From the IMG/VR virus record IMGVR_UViG_3300006028_000001, positions 1 through 64,000 of that record: 64,000 nt of DNA; one strand, 5' to 3'. Source of the stretch: a virus. The stretch's first letter is position 1; the number at the start of each line of letters is the position of its first letter. Shown here in pieces: positions 26,206 through 36,041 of this stretch. The notes below the pieces were generated by a model. It searched no databases. It saw only the letters and a list, made by a program, of their open reading frames with translations, and was not told where the DNA came from. The translations under genes and the position numbers were made by a program.

Positions 26206-27612
26206 ATGTTGTTGACTGATCGGCTGTCGCCGTGGGAAGTGGCGGCGCGCCTGTTCGGCGAGCTTCGGCCGCCGTGGCGGCAGATTGCCCGACCGGAGCA
26301 GTTGGCGCCCGACGGAACGTGGCTGACCTGGGCCTACTGTGCCGGGCGAGGCGCGGGCAAGACCAGGGCTGCCGCCGAGTGGGCACACGAGCGGGCCATG
26401 AGCACCCCGGGCGTGCGGATCGCCCTGGTTGGCCGTACGCCCGCCGATGTGCGTGACGTCATGATCGAGGGCGAGTCGGGCATCCTCGCCATTGCCGGCC
26501 GTGACCGACCCGTCTACCAGTCCACCAAGCGGCGGCTGACGTGGCCGAACGGGTCCACCGCGCATACCTACTCCGCCGAGGTGCCGGCGCAGCTGCGCGG
26601 ACCGCAGCATCATTACGCCTGGGCGGACGAGGCGGCCGCCTGGACGGATGCCCCGAAGGGCGACGCCCTGGACACCGCCTGGAACAACCTGATGCTCGGG
26701 CTGCGGCTGGGTGCCTCACCGCGGTGCGTGGTGACCACCACCCCGAAACCGAACGCCCTGACCCGCACCATCCTGGCCCGACCGTCTACCGTCGTCACCC
26801 GCGGCACCACCTACGACAACCTGACCAACCTTGCCCCGTCGTTCCGCGACGAGGTGCTGGCCACGTATGAAGGCACCCGCATCGGCCGGCAGGAACTGCT
26901 CGGCGAGGTTCTCGACGACGTTGAGGGTGCGCTGTGGACCCTCGGCCTGATCGACGAATGCCGGGTCGGCCAGGCGCCGGACATGCGTCGCATCGTGGTG
27001 GCGGTCGACCCGTCCGGTGGGTCGGGACCCAACCACGACGAGCAGGGCATCATCGTGGCCGGCATCGGCATCGACGGCGAGTTGTACGTGCTGGCGGACC
27101 GGTCGTGCAGCCTGTCCCCGCACGGCTGGGCATCCCGCGCGGTCGGTGCGTTCCACGAGTTCTCCGCCGACCGGATCGTCGCCGAACGCAACTACGGTGG
27201 CGATATGGTGGAGTCGACCATCCGGCAGGTTGATGCCAACGTCCCGGTGAAGGTCATCACCGCGTCTCGCGGCAAGGTGCAACGCGCCGAGCCGCTGGCC
27301 GCCCTGTACGAGCAGCGCCGCGCCCACCATGTGGGGGCGCTGCCGAAACTCGAAGACCAGATGACCACCTGGACCCCGCTGGACGGCACCAGCCCGGACC
27401 GCATGGACGCCCTGGTGTGGGCGGGGGCCGAGTTGACCGACAACTTCAGCGCGCAGGCGTGGATTGAGCACTTCCGCCGAAAAGCTGAAGCGACCGCCGA
27501 TGCGGAGGCGGCCGCTGCGGGCGAGCCGAGCCAGCCGGCGGCGCCCGTTGAGGATCCGGTGGCCATCCGCAAACGCATCCGCGACGCCGCCCACCGGAGC
27601 CAAACCAGGTAA
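26206..27612 (+). CDS. Terminase large subunit
   Basis: AGRGAGKTR Walker A, AWADEAA Walker B, VTTTP, VAVDPS, SPDRMDALVWA. Confidence 0.95.
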   Translation: MLLTDRLSPWEVAARLFGELRPPWRQIARPEQLAPDGTWLTWAYCAGRGAGKTRAAAEWAHERAMSTPGVRIALVGRTPADVRDVMIEGESGILAIAGRDRPVYQSTKRRLTWPNGSTAHTYSAEVPAQLRGPQHHYAWADEAAAWTDAPKGDALDTAWNNLMLGLRLGASPRCVVTTTPKPNALTRTILARPSTVVTRGTTYDNLTNLAPSFRDEVLATYEGTRIGRQELLGEVLDDVEGALWTLGLIDECRVGQAPDMRRIVVAVDPSGGSGPNHDEQGIIVAGIGIDGELYVLADRSCSLSPHGWASRAVGAFHEFSADRIVAERNYGGDMVESTIRQVDANVPVKVITASRGKVQRAEPLAALYEQRRAHHVGALPKLEDQMTTWTPLDGTSPDRMDALVWAGAELTDNFSAQAWIEHFRRKAEATADAEAAAAGEPSQPAAPVEDPVAIRKRIRDAAHRSQTR

Positions 27613-27629
27613 GAGGGGGAGACGCCGGC

Positions 27630-30011
27630 ATGGCCGTACGCCCCTCCACCCGCCGCGGGCAAACCCCGAAGCGACGCTCCACCTCGGTCGCGGTCAACAA
27701 GGCGTACAACTCGGCCGAGCCGCCGGAGATGGCCGCGGGTGAGCGCGCCGCCGGCATGGACGTCACCCGGCCCTTCAGCCCAGGTGAGCCGATCGGCCCG
27801 TACGAGGGGTACAGCCGGCACCCGCGGCAGCGGGAGTTCGTTACCGGCTACAACATCGCCGCCCGGCCCAGGTCGCATGAGCGGGTCGCGTTCGACACAC
27901 TCAAGGGCCTGATCGAGGCGTACGACGTCGCGTCGATCTGCATCTGGCACCGCATCGACTCGATCCGCGCCCTGGACTGGTCGCTGGTGCCGGTGCGTGG
28001 CTTCGCAGGCGACGCCGACGACGTCATCGACCACGGCATGCGGGCGCTGGAGAAGCCGGACGGGGAAACCCCCTTCCACTCGTGGCTGGCGAAGTGGTTG
28101 TACGACGTCCTCGCCTACGACGCCGGCTGCCTGTACCGCACCCGCAACCGCCGCGGTGACGTGGTGGGGCTGTCCACCGTGGACGGCACCAGCGTGGCGC
28201 CGCTGCTGGACTACTGGGGCCGCTCGCCCAAGCCACCGGCCGAGGCGTACGTCCAGTATGTGAATGGCCTGCCGTGGAACTGGCTGACCCGCGACGACCT
28301 GATCTACGAGCCGTTCCGGCCCATCACCGGCAGCGTGTACGGCCGGGCGCCGTTGGAAAGCATCCTGCTCAACGCCAACACCGACCTGCGGTTCCAGGCA
28401 TACTTTTTGCAAAGATTTACGGAAGGCAATATCCCGGCGGCGTTCGCCAGCGCACCGGAAACGTGGACGCCGAGCCAGATCGAGCAGTTCCAGGAGTATT
28501 GGGACGCGTTCATGCTCGGCGACCAGACGGTCAAGTCGCAGATCAAGTGGATCCCCGGCGGTTCCACGATTGCGTGGTCCAACGAGAAGGAGTTCCAGGA
28601 CCACTTCAGCCTGTTTCTGATGCGGAAAACAGCGGCCGCGTACCACGTGGTGCCGGCCGACCTGGGTTTCACCGAGGACGTCAACCGTTCCTCCGGTGAG
28701 ACGCAGGGCGATGTGCAGCACCGCATCGGCGACCTGCCGCTGATCGGGCACGTGCAGAGCATCCTGTCGCACTACCTGCGCCACGACCTCGGTCTGCCAA
28801 TCAAGTTCGCGTTCGACACCGGCCAGGAGAAGGACGACCGGCTCACCCAGGCGCAGGCGTGGCAGATCTACGTGGCCACCGGCGCGGCGAGTCCCGACGA
28901 GATGCGGGAGGAACTGCTCGGCCTGCCCGGCGACCCGGGCCGTCCGACGCCCCGGTTCTACGCCACCACCCGCTCCGGTCCGATCCCGCTGCTGGCGATC
29001 GACGGGGTGGCCGGAAAGGTGGACCCGGAAACGTTCGGGCCGCGCGTCGACCAGCCGATCATCTACCAGCCGTTCGTGGCGCCGCCCGGTGTGGTGGCCG
29101 CCGAAGGCACCACCGACCACACGGCGTCGATGCAGGCCGAAGACGGATATCAGATGGCGGTGCGGCAGCAGCTTGAGGCGCAGGACAACGCGCAGCCGCT
29201 GGCGCCGGTGGTGAAGGACGGCCCGACCGTTGGTGTCACCACCCAGACCGGCATCACCTCCTACGACCTGATCGGGCACGACGACGACGAGCAGGAGACG
29301 CCCGCCGATCTGGTGAAGCGGGAGATGGTGGCGTTCCGCCGGTTCCGCACCGCCCGCCGTCGCGACGGCCGGTGGCGCGACTTCAAGTTCGGGCACGTCG
29401 ATCCGGTTCGGGCGCATCGGCTGAACGACGCCGGCCGGTTGGCGGTGCGTAAGGCCGCCGGCGAGGTGGCGGTCGCCGGGCTCGCGGTGCGCGCGGCCGA
29501 CACCGGCCGGGTGCTGATGCTGCAGCGGGCGCTCGATGACGAGGATCCCGCCGGTGGTACATGGGAGTTCCCGGGCGGCCACCTGGACGGCGACGAGACA
29601 CCACTGCAGGCAGCCTGGCGGGAGTGGGCTGAGGAAACCCGGGCCATCCCGCCGCCCGGCCAGCAGACCGGGTCGTGGACCGCGGGCGATGGCATCTATG
29701 AGGGCATCGTGTGGACGGTGCCGGACGAGGCGCATGTGCCTGTGCACACTGGCCGCGATCAGATCGACAACCCGGACGACCCGGACGGCGACGCCGTCGA
29801 AGCGATCGCCTGGTGGGATCCGGAGCAGCTGGCCGGCAACCCGGCGGTACGCCCGGAGCTACTCGACTCGCTCGGCGACGTACTGACCGCGCTTGGCGTG
29901 GAGTCGGCTTCCGAGCCGGACCTGGAGCAGTTGGAGAAGGCGGCCGATGCCGACCCAAAAGCCCCGGCCCTGATCGGGGCTGGCCAGGGTGGGATTGGGA
30001 CGCGCGGGTAG
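27630..30011 (+). CDS. Portal protein fused to a NUDIX hydrolase domain
   Basis: Portal motifs (YGRAPLE, FTEGNIP, VPADLGFTEDVNRSSG); Nudix box GGHLDGDETPLQAAWREWAEET. Confidence 0.9.
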   Translation: MAVRPSTRRGQTPKRRSTSVAVNKAYNSAEPPEMAAGERAAGMDVTRPFSPGEPIGPYEGYSRHPRQREFVTGYNIAARPRSHERVAFDTLKGLIEAYDVASICIWHRIDSIRALDWSLVPVRGFAGDADDVIDHGMRALEKPDGETPFHSWLAKWLYDVLAYDAGCLYRTRNRRGDVVGLSTVDGTSVAPLLDYWGRSPKPPAEAYVQYVNGLPWNWLTRDDLIYEPFRPITGSVYGRAPLESILLNANTDLRFQAYFLQRFTEGNIPAAFASAPETWTPSQIEQFQEYWDAFMLGDQTVKSQIKWIPGGSTIAWSNEKEFQDHFSLFLMRKTAAAYHVVPADLGFTEDVNRSSGETQGDVQHRIGDLPLIGHVQSILSHYLRHDLGLPIKFAFDTGQEKDDRLTQAQAWQIYVATGAASPDEMREELLGLPGDPGRPTPRFYATTRSGPIPLLAIDGVAGKVDPETFGPRVDQPIIYQPFVAPPGVVAAEGTTDHTASMQAEDGYQMAVRQQLEAQDNAQPLAPVVKDGPTVGVTTQTGITSYDLIGHDDDEQETPADLVKREMVAFRRFRTARRRDGRWRDFKFGHVDPVRAHRLNDAGRLAVRKAAGEVAVAGLAVRAADTGRVLMLQRALDDEDPAGGTWEFPGGHLDGDETPLQAAWREWAEETRAIPPPGQQTGSWTAGDGIYEGIVWTVPDEAHVPVHTGRDQIDNPDDPDGDAVEAIAWWDPEQLAGNPAVRPELLDSLGDVLTALGVESASEPDLEQLEKAADADPKAPALIGAGQGGIGTRG

Positions 30012-30739
30012 CCGACCACTGGGCGCCGCGCATCGCCGACGCGACCGCCGGGACGCTGACCGCCGACCAGGCGCGGCAGATCGCTGGCGACTTCGAGACC
30101 GACGGCAGCGACCGGGACCGCGTCGCCTTGGTCGCTGCCGTCGCCCTGTGGATGGCCAGCCAGGGTGTGGACCCGGTCGAAGGGCTGGCCGTCCTACTGC
30201 CGGGGCTCTACGTCGATGGCTGGCTCGTCGGCGCTGCGTCGGCGCGGGCGATGGTCGACGGCGCGCCGCTGGACCTCGGCGACTGGACGCCGGGTGACAC
30301 GGCTGTCGCTCAGGCCCAGATCGAGGCGCTCGGCGTATCCGCCGGGCTCGCGACCCTGCTGGACGGTGTGCCGGACGCGGCCCGGGACATCGCCGACGGA
30401 CGGTTGAAGGATCTGGCCCGGGTGCTCATCGACGGCACCGACGCCGGGGATCCGGCCGATGTGGTCGGCGACGCGCTGCTTGAGGAAGCCGGTGACCCGG
30501 CGCGCGCCGCGGCGGTAGCGACAGGTGCCGTGGTGACAGCGGCCGGGCTGGCCGCCATGGCCGCCTACCTCGGCGCGGGGGTGCGCATGGGCCGGTGGGT
30601 GACGGACTCCGGCAACGTGTGCCCTGCCTGCCGGGCCAATGCCGACGCGGGCGAGGTGCCGGTCGGTGAGCCGTATCCGTCCGGTGCCGTGGAGGCGCCG
30701 CAGCACCCGCGTTGCCGCTGCCAGGTCGTTCCTGCGTGA
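29954..30739 (+). CDS. MuF-like minor head domain, probably expressed by -1 frameshift from the portal
   Basis: CPAC...PQHPRCRC MuF motif; no obvious own RBS/start; C CCA AAA slippery site. Confidence 0.7.
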   Translation, partial: PKSPGPDRGWPGWDWDARVADHWAPRIADATAGTLTADQARQIAGDFETDGSDRDRVALVAAVALWMASQGVDPVEGLAVLLPGLYVDGWLVGAASARAMVDGAPLDLGDWTPGDTAVAQAQIEALGVSAGLATLLDGVPDAARDIADGRLKDLARVLIDGTDAGDPADVVGDALLEEAGDPARAAAVATGAVVTAAGLAAMAAYLGAGVRMGRWVTDSGNVCPACRANADAGEVPVGEPYPSGAVEAPQHPRCRCQVVPA

Positions 30740-30753
30740 CCCGGGAGGTGGCT

Positions 30754-31143
30754 GTGCCTGAGCAGCGCTACGTGCTGGGAATCGCATACCAGGCCGGCCC
30801 GGATCCGCGAATCCAGCGTGGCGCCGACGGCGGCCGCGACTACTTCACAGCCGAAGAGTTGGAGAAGGCCGCTTGGTCGTTCCTCAAGAACGGCCCGGCT
30901 CACGGCCTGTTCCATGTCGACGGCACCGAGGGTGCCGCCACCTGTGTGGAGAGCTACGTGTACCGCGGCCCTGATTGGGACCTCGGCGACGACATTGTGG
31001 TCAAGGCCGGCGACTGGCTGGTGGGGGCGATCCTCGACGAGCGTGCCTGGGATCTGGTCAAGTCCGGCGAGGTGACCGGCTGGTCACCGCAAGGATCCGC
31101 GACCCGGCGCCGACGCACCCGACGCACGGAAAGCGAGCAGTGA
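30754..31143 (+). CDS. XkdF-like prohead serine protease domain
   Basis: RYVLGIAY...DYFTAEELEKAAWSF...ESYVY...GDWL...VKSGEVTGWSPQG. Confidence 0.8.
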   Translation: MPEQRYVLGIAYQAGPDPRIQRGADGGRDYFTAEELEKAAWSFLKNGPAHGLFHVDGTEGAATCVESYVYRGPDWDLGDDIVVKAGDWLVGAILDERAWDLVKSGEVTGWSPQGSATRRRRTRRTESEQ

Positions 31144-32861
31144 TGGGTGTCGACCTGTCCGGGGTGTTTCGGCCCGAATACCTGAACGGCGACGAACATG
31201 AGCTCACCGAGCTGGTCGATGCCGACATCCCGCGCGTAGACCTCGTCGGCAAGGGGGCGAACGGAATCCCCCGTTTCCTGATCGCCAAGCGCGCCGACGG
31301 CCCAGCCGGGCTGATGAGCGCCGACTACGTGCGCGGCCTGATCGGCAAGCCCGAACCGGTGGTCAAGCAGGAAGGGGAGACGGTGACGATGACCGGCAGC
31401 CCAGGCGCGATCGCCCGCTTCATCCACCAGGCCGCCGTGCGCACGGATCCGGTGGCGAAGGCCGACCACGACACCAGCGACGGCAGCCTCAACGGCTCGG
31501 TCACCAAGGAGATGGACATGCCCGTAGCGGCGCCCGCCGATGTGGCCAAGGCCGACGGCGACGACCTCGACCCGATGACGGTCCTAGCCGAACCGGACGA
31601 CGACACCGCCCCCGGCATGGCCACCGATCCCGGCTCCCCCGCCTGGGAGGCGGTCGACGCCGCTACCGCCCGCAAGTGGACCGGGATTCTGGCCCGGGCG
31701 AAGGCCGCCATCGACTTGCTCGCCGACCGGGAGATGTTGGAGGCCGCGGCCGGCGACGAGGATGACGCGATGCAGGCCATGGACCTGCAGGATGCGTGCT
31801 GCGCCATCGACTACGCCATCGGCGTGCTCGCACCCTTCGCGGTGGCGGAGCAGGCCGAGGCGGACTGCTGCGACGACATGACCGCCGTCGGGAAGGCGCT
31901 GGACGGGTTCGACCCGTCGTCGCTGGACACCATCGAAGCGCTCGGACACGTGCGTAAGGCCGGTCGGGTGTTGTCGTCGGCGAATGAGGCGGCCATCCGG
32001 GACGCGGTGGACAAGCTGCAGAAGGTGCTGGCCAGCCTGCCGCAGGCGCCGGCCGCCGTGGAGAAGAGCGGCCAGCCGGTCGCCGACCAGAAGGAGAGCG
32101 ACATGCCGGAGCCGACCACCTCTGCCGAGACGGTCGCCGAGCACAGCGGCCAGCCGCAGATGGGTGTCGCCAAGGCGGACGAGAGTGGCGACGGCAACGT
32201 GGCGAAGGCCGACGACGTGAAGCCACAGATGCGGGCGGTGTACGACGCCAAAGGCCGCCTGGTGGGTGTGGTCGACGAGGCCGACATCACCCCCATCGCT
32301 GATGCCGCGCCGGAGCCGGACGACACGCCGGCCGCCGATGCCGGTGACGCGCAGCCTGAGGCCGCACCCGCCGAGGCCGACATGCAGCCAGCGCCGGCCG
32401 CTGAAGTCGGCACCCCCGCCGACGCCACCGACGACGGCGTCGCCAAGACCACCGCCGCGACCAGCGGCGACGACAGCAACAGCACCGCGGATGCCATCGC
32501 CAAAAGCATCGCCGACGTGGTCAAGCAGCAACTCGAAGCGGCAAGCGCCGCGCAGCAGGAGGCCCTCGCCAAGATGGCGAACGACCTGGCTGCCGCGACG
32601 GGGACGATCGAGGTGCTCAAGGGCCAGGTTCAGGCGCTGGAGGAGCAGCCGGCAACGCCGAAGGTGTTCACCAACGGAGCCGTCCCGCCCGGCACGCAAC
32701 TGCGTGGGCAGGACCGCGGCGCCGCACCGGTCGATCCGGGCCAGGTCGCCGAACTGCGCAAGGGGCTGTACTCCCCCGTCGCCGCGGAGCGGGACAAGGC
32801 CGCGATCGACATGAACGCGCTCGCCATCGCGCAGCTCCAGGAGATCCACCAGCGGCGGTAG
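31143..32861 (+). CDS. Scaffold / protease C-terminal part
   Basis: RVDLVGKGANG at N-terminus; acidic Ala/Pro-rich and coiled-coil regions; precedes capsid gene. Confidence 0.7.
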   Translation: MGVDLSGVFRPEYLNGDEHELTELVDADIPRVDLVGKGANGIPRFLIAKRADGPAGLMSADYVRGLIGKPEPVVKQEGETVTMTGSPGAIARFIHQAAVRTDPVAKADHDTSDGSLNGSVTKEMDMPVAAPADVAKADGDDLDPMTVLAEPDDDTAPGMATDPGSPAWEAVDAATARKWTGILARAKAAIDLLADREMLEAAAGDEDDAMQAMDLQDACCAIDYAIGVLAPFAVAEQAEADCCDDMTAVGKALDGFDPSSLDTIEALGHVRKAGRVLSSANEAAIRDAVDKLQKVLASLPQAPAAVEKSGQPVADQKESDMPEPTTSAETVAEHSGQPQMGVAKADESGDGNVAKADDVKPQMRAVYDAKGRLVGVVDEADITPIADAAPEPDDTPAADAGDAQPEAAPAEADMQPAPAAEVGTPADATDDGVAKTTAATSGDDSNSTADAIAKSIADVVKQQLEAASAAQQEALAKMANDLAAATGTIEVLKGQVQALEEQPATPKVFTNGAVPPGTQLRGQDRGAAPVDPGQVAELRKGLYSPVAAERDKAAIDMNALAIAQLQEIHQRR

Positions 32862-32939
32862 CACGCCGCGCCTTCAGCCTGAACCCCTCCGCCCCCGAGC
32901 GCCTGACGCCGGGGGCTTTCGCATGCCCAGGAGGCATAC

Positions 32940-34439
32940 GTGAGCATGGAAAACGTCAGCGAGGAAACCCTCGCTGCGATCAGCAAGGCCCAGACCACCG
33001 GCATCCTCGAATCCACCGGGATCTACAGCTACGACCTTTCGGGGCTCGTGTCCCTGGTGCCGGTTGTCACCCCGTTTCGGGACATCGTGGCCCGCAAGCA
33101 GTCCCCCGACGGGAATCCCTACGCGGTATGGCGGGCGATCATGAACGCCAACTCGTCGCAGGCCGACCCGTCGATGGGTTTCGACTACGCCGCCAACGAG
33201 GTCGTGTTCATCGAGCAGGACTTCCAGGCCAAGTACATGCCCACCGGCTACGCCGGCCTGGTCACCCAGGACGCGTTCGACCTGGCCAAGGGGTACGGCG
33301 ACCCGTACGCGATCGCCACATTCCAGGTGCTGAATCAGGTGCTGATCGGCGACGACCGCAAGCTGATGGGTGCGCAGTCCTTCGCGCTCGCCCGGCCTGC
33401 GGCGCCGACGTTGGCGCAGGCCGACACCGGCGGCACCATCGCCGCATCGACGCAGGTATACGTGGGCGTCGCGGCCAGGACGGGCAGCGGCTACTACTAC
33501 GGGTCGGGTAACAGCCGCGGCAACAGCGCCAACGTCACCACCAGCACGGTGGCGGCGTCCACCCACAAGGTGACCGCCACCGTCGCGTCGGTGCGCGGCG
33601 CGGTCTGCTACGACTGGTTCCAGTCGGCGGACGGTAACACCTGGTACTACTACACCACCACCACCGTCAACACGGTGACGATGACCAAGACGATCTCGGC
33701 CAACGAGCCGTTCCCGTCGGCAACCACCTGCCCGGACCTGTCCACCACGTGGAAGGGCACGGCCAGCACCAAACCCACCATCAACACCGCGGCGGACAAC
33801 GGCAGCGCGAACGCCAACGACTACGACGGCTTCCTCGCCAGCCTGTGCGGCGACTACAGCTCGACCGGCCAGTGGGCGCAGTCCGGCACCGCCACGGCGA
33901 ACCCGTCGTACAACTCCAGCCTCGACGGTGCGGCGCTGACCCTGACCGGCGGCACCGTCACCGAGATTGAGGCGAACCTGTTCCTGCCGCTGTGGCAGCA
34001 GGTCAAGTGCTCCCCGACCGCGCTGATGGTCAACGCGGTGCAGGCGCAGGAGATCGCCAACCTGGTTCTCGGCGCCAACAGCGCGACCACGTTCCTGACC
34101 ACCGACAAGGCCGGCCGTGTGTCCACCACGGCAGGCGGTCGGGTCGGCGAGATCGTGAACGCGCCCGCCGGCGGTGTGACCGTGCCGATCGAGGTGCACG
34201 TGTCGCTGCCGCCGGGCACCATCGTCGCGCGTACCGACCGGGTCCCGTTCCCGCAGGCCAACATCTCCAGTGTGCTGGAGTACCGGGCGCTGCGTGACAC
34301 CGCCCAGTTCGACTACGGCATCAGCCGGGTGGCGAACACGGCCGGTGGGGGGCCGCGTAAGGAATTCGAGATCCGGTCAAATGGGGCGTTTCTGAACCGC
34401 GCTCCGGTGGCCATGGCGGTCATGCAGAACGTCGGCTAA
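32940..34439 (+). CDS. Major capsid protein with inserted Thr-rich domain
   Basis: Position after scaffold; GGAGG RBS; YDL...LVPVVTPFR; followed by a strong hairpin. Confidence 0.75.
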   Translation: MSMENVSEETLAAISKAQTTGILESTGIYSYDLSGLVSLVPVVTPFRDIVARKQSPDGNPYAVWRAIMNANSSQADPSMGFDYAANEVVFIEQDFQAKYMPTGYAGLVTQDAFDLAKGYGDPYAIATFQVLNQVLIGDDRKLMGAQSFALARPAAPTLAQADTGGTIAASTQVYVGVAARTGSGYYYGSGNSRGNSANVTTSTVAASTHKVTATVASVRGAVCYDWFQSADGNTWYYYTTTTVNTVTMTKTISANEPFPSATTCPDLSTTWKGTASTKPTINTAADNGSANANDYDGFLASLCGDYSSTGQWAQSGTATANPSYNSSLDGAALTLTGGTVTEIEANLFLPLWQQVKCSPTALMVNAVQAQEIANLVLGANSATTFLTTDKAGRVSTTAGGRVGEIVNAPAGGVTVPIEVHVSLPPGTIVARTDRVPFPQANISSVLEYRALRDTAQFDYGISRVANTAGGGPRKEFEIRSNGAFLNRAPVAMAVMQNVG

Positions 34440-34483
34440 CCCCGCAACAGCGCGGACCAGCCGCCGCTACCTCTCCGAAGTCG

Positions 34484-34529
34484 CGCGGTCCCCGGCAGGA
34501 GTCGCCACCTGCCCCCGCCGGGGACCGCG
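34484..34529 (+). terminator. 13-bp perfect stem after the capsid gene
   Basis: CGCGGTCCCCGGC...GCCGGGGACCGCG. Confidence 0.6.
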
Positions 34530-34557
34530 TGCCACCCGCCCACCTTGAGGAGCCTCC

Positions 34558-35169
34558 GTGCCCAACCCCAACGACGGGCTGATCGCCCCCTACGCCGGCA
34601 CCGTCGGCCTGGTCGACACGCAGGCGTACCCCGCCGTCGCCGAGTACTACCTCAACGGCCAGCCCACCTTCCTGCGGGCCAACCTGATGCGGTCGACGGC
34701 CGTGGCGAACCTGGCGGCACTGTCAACCGGGGTGATGACCTCAACAGCGGTCCTGCTGTACGCCGGGGACGTCGTCACCAACCTGACGTTCATCTCCGGT
34801 GCCACCGCGGCGGGCACACCGACTCACTGGTGGTTCGCTCTGTACGACACGGCGTCGACGCCGAACCTGCTCGGCCAGTCCGCCGACCAGACCTCCGGGG
34901 CGTGGGCGGCCAACACCGCCAAGACGCTGGCCCTGGCGTCGCCGTACACGGTGACTACGACCGGCATCTACGAGGCGGCGGTGAACGTCACCGCTACCAC
35001 CCCACCCACTCTGGTCGGCGCCTCGGTGCAGACCGGTGCGGCCGGAGCGGTCGTCTCGGGCATGAGGATCCTGGCGCAGACGTCCGGGTCGTCCCTGACG
35101 ACCACCGCACCGTCGACGATCGCCTCCCCGACAACGGTCGGGACGGTTCCGCTGGTCATCATCACCTGA
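34558..35169 (+). CDS. Putative capsid decoration protein
   Basis: GAGGAG RBS; Thr/Ala-rich beta protein immediately after the capsid gene. Confidence 0.6.
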   Translation: MPNPNDGLIAPYAGTVGLVDTQAYPAVAEYYLNGQPTFLRANLMRSTAVANLAALSTGVMTSTAVLLYAGDVVTNLTFISGATAAGTPTHWWFALYDTASTPNLLGQSADQTSGAWAANTAKTLALASPYTVTTTGIYEAAVNVTATTPPTLVGASVQTGAAGAVVSGMRILAQTSGSSLTTTAPSTIASPTTVGTVPLVIIT

Positions 35170-35201
35170 CCGGCATCCACGACACGAAGGAGCGCGACGC
35201 G

Positions 35202-35552
35202 ATGCGCCTCTACCCTCGGGCGGGTCAGACCGCCATCGACGACCCGGAGCATGGGCACTTCGACGCCGGCCCAGACGGCGGTTTCGACCTGCCTGAGCCG
35301 CTCGGCGAGCGGCTGCGCCGGTTCCACGTCGACCGGGCACCGATGTGGGAAACCGACATCGAGCGGCAGAGCCGGCTCATCAGCGAGGAGCTGGAGCGGC
35401 GCAAGGATCCGGCGACGCTACTGGAGGCGGTGGAGCAGATCATGCGCGCGGCCCAGGCGTCGGCTGGCGCGCAGGCGGTTGCCGCCACGCAGGCCCCGGC
35501 CGCGAAGGCCCGTGTCACGAAGAAGGCCGCACCACCCGCGTCAACCGAGTAA
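35202..35552 (+). CDS. Hypothetical head-associated protein
   Basis: AAGGAG RBS. Confidence 0.65.
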   Translation: MRLYPRAGQTAIDDPEHGHFDAGPDGGFDLPEPLGERLRRFHVDRAPMWETDIERQSRLISEELERRKDPATLLEAVEQIMRAAQASAGAQAVAATQAPAAKARVTKKAAPPASTE

Positions 35553-35558
35553 GCCCCG

Positions 35559-36023
35559 GTGATCCTGGTTCCGCACACCCGCCTGCACCCGACGACCGCA
35601 CGGCTGCTGAACCGGCATGCGCCAGGGCACCGACGGGCGCGGATCGGCCCGCGCGACATTGAGGCGTACTGGGTGCTGCTGGCCCAGGCGTGGCGCGAAC
35701 CGGGGGGCCTGATTGTCGTCGAGCACGACGTCGGGATTCACGCCGCGGTAATGCCAGAGTTCACGCGGTGCTCGCAACCGTGGTGCGGCTTCCCGTACCC
35801 GATCGGCGAGCAGCTGCTGGTGTGCCTGGGCTGCTGCCGGTTCACCGCGGAGTTGAAGACGGCCGAGCCGGACCTGCTCGACGCGGTGGGCCAGGACGAC
35901 TCCGGTGGGATGCCGGCGCGGCACTGGAAGTACCTGGATGTGAAGATCCTGGACCACCTGCGGCGACGCGGCTACCAGCAGCATCGACACGAGCCGGCCG
36001 TGGCGCACTACCACCGGTACTGA
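35559..36023 (+). CDS. Minimal GT-A fold glycosyltransferase-like protein
   Basis: LIVVEHDV (DxD-like), LGCCRF, W..LD, C-terminal H...VAHYH. Confidence 0.5.
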   Translation: MILVPHTRLHPTTARLLNRHAPGHRRARIGPRDIEAYWVLLAQAWREPGGLIVVEHDVGIHAAVMPEFTRCSQPWCGFPYPIGEQLLVCLGCCRFTAELKTAEPDLLDAVGQDDSGGMPARHWKYLDVKILDHLRRRGYQQHRHEPAVAHYHRY

Positions 36024-36041
36024 CGTAGGCGGGGAGGCGAC

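Noticed and set aside
32891-32920. Hairpin between scaffold and capsid genes as a terminator
   Set aside because: Short stem (GCCCCCG/CGGGGGC) with only TTT; more likely an mRNA-stabilising structure and too weak to call
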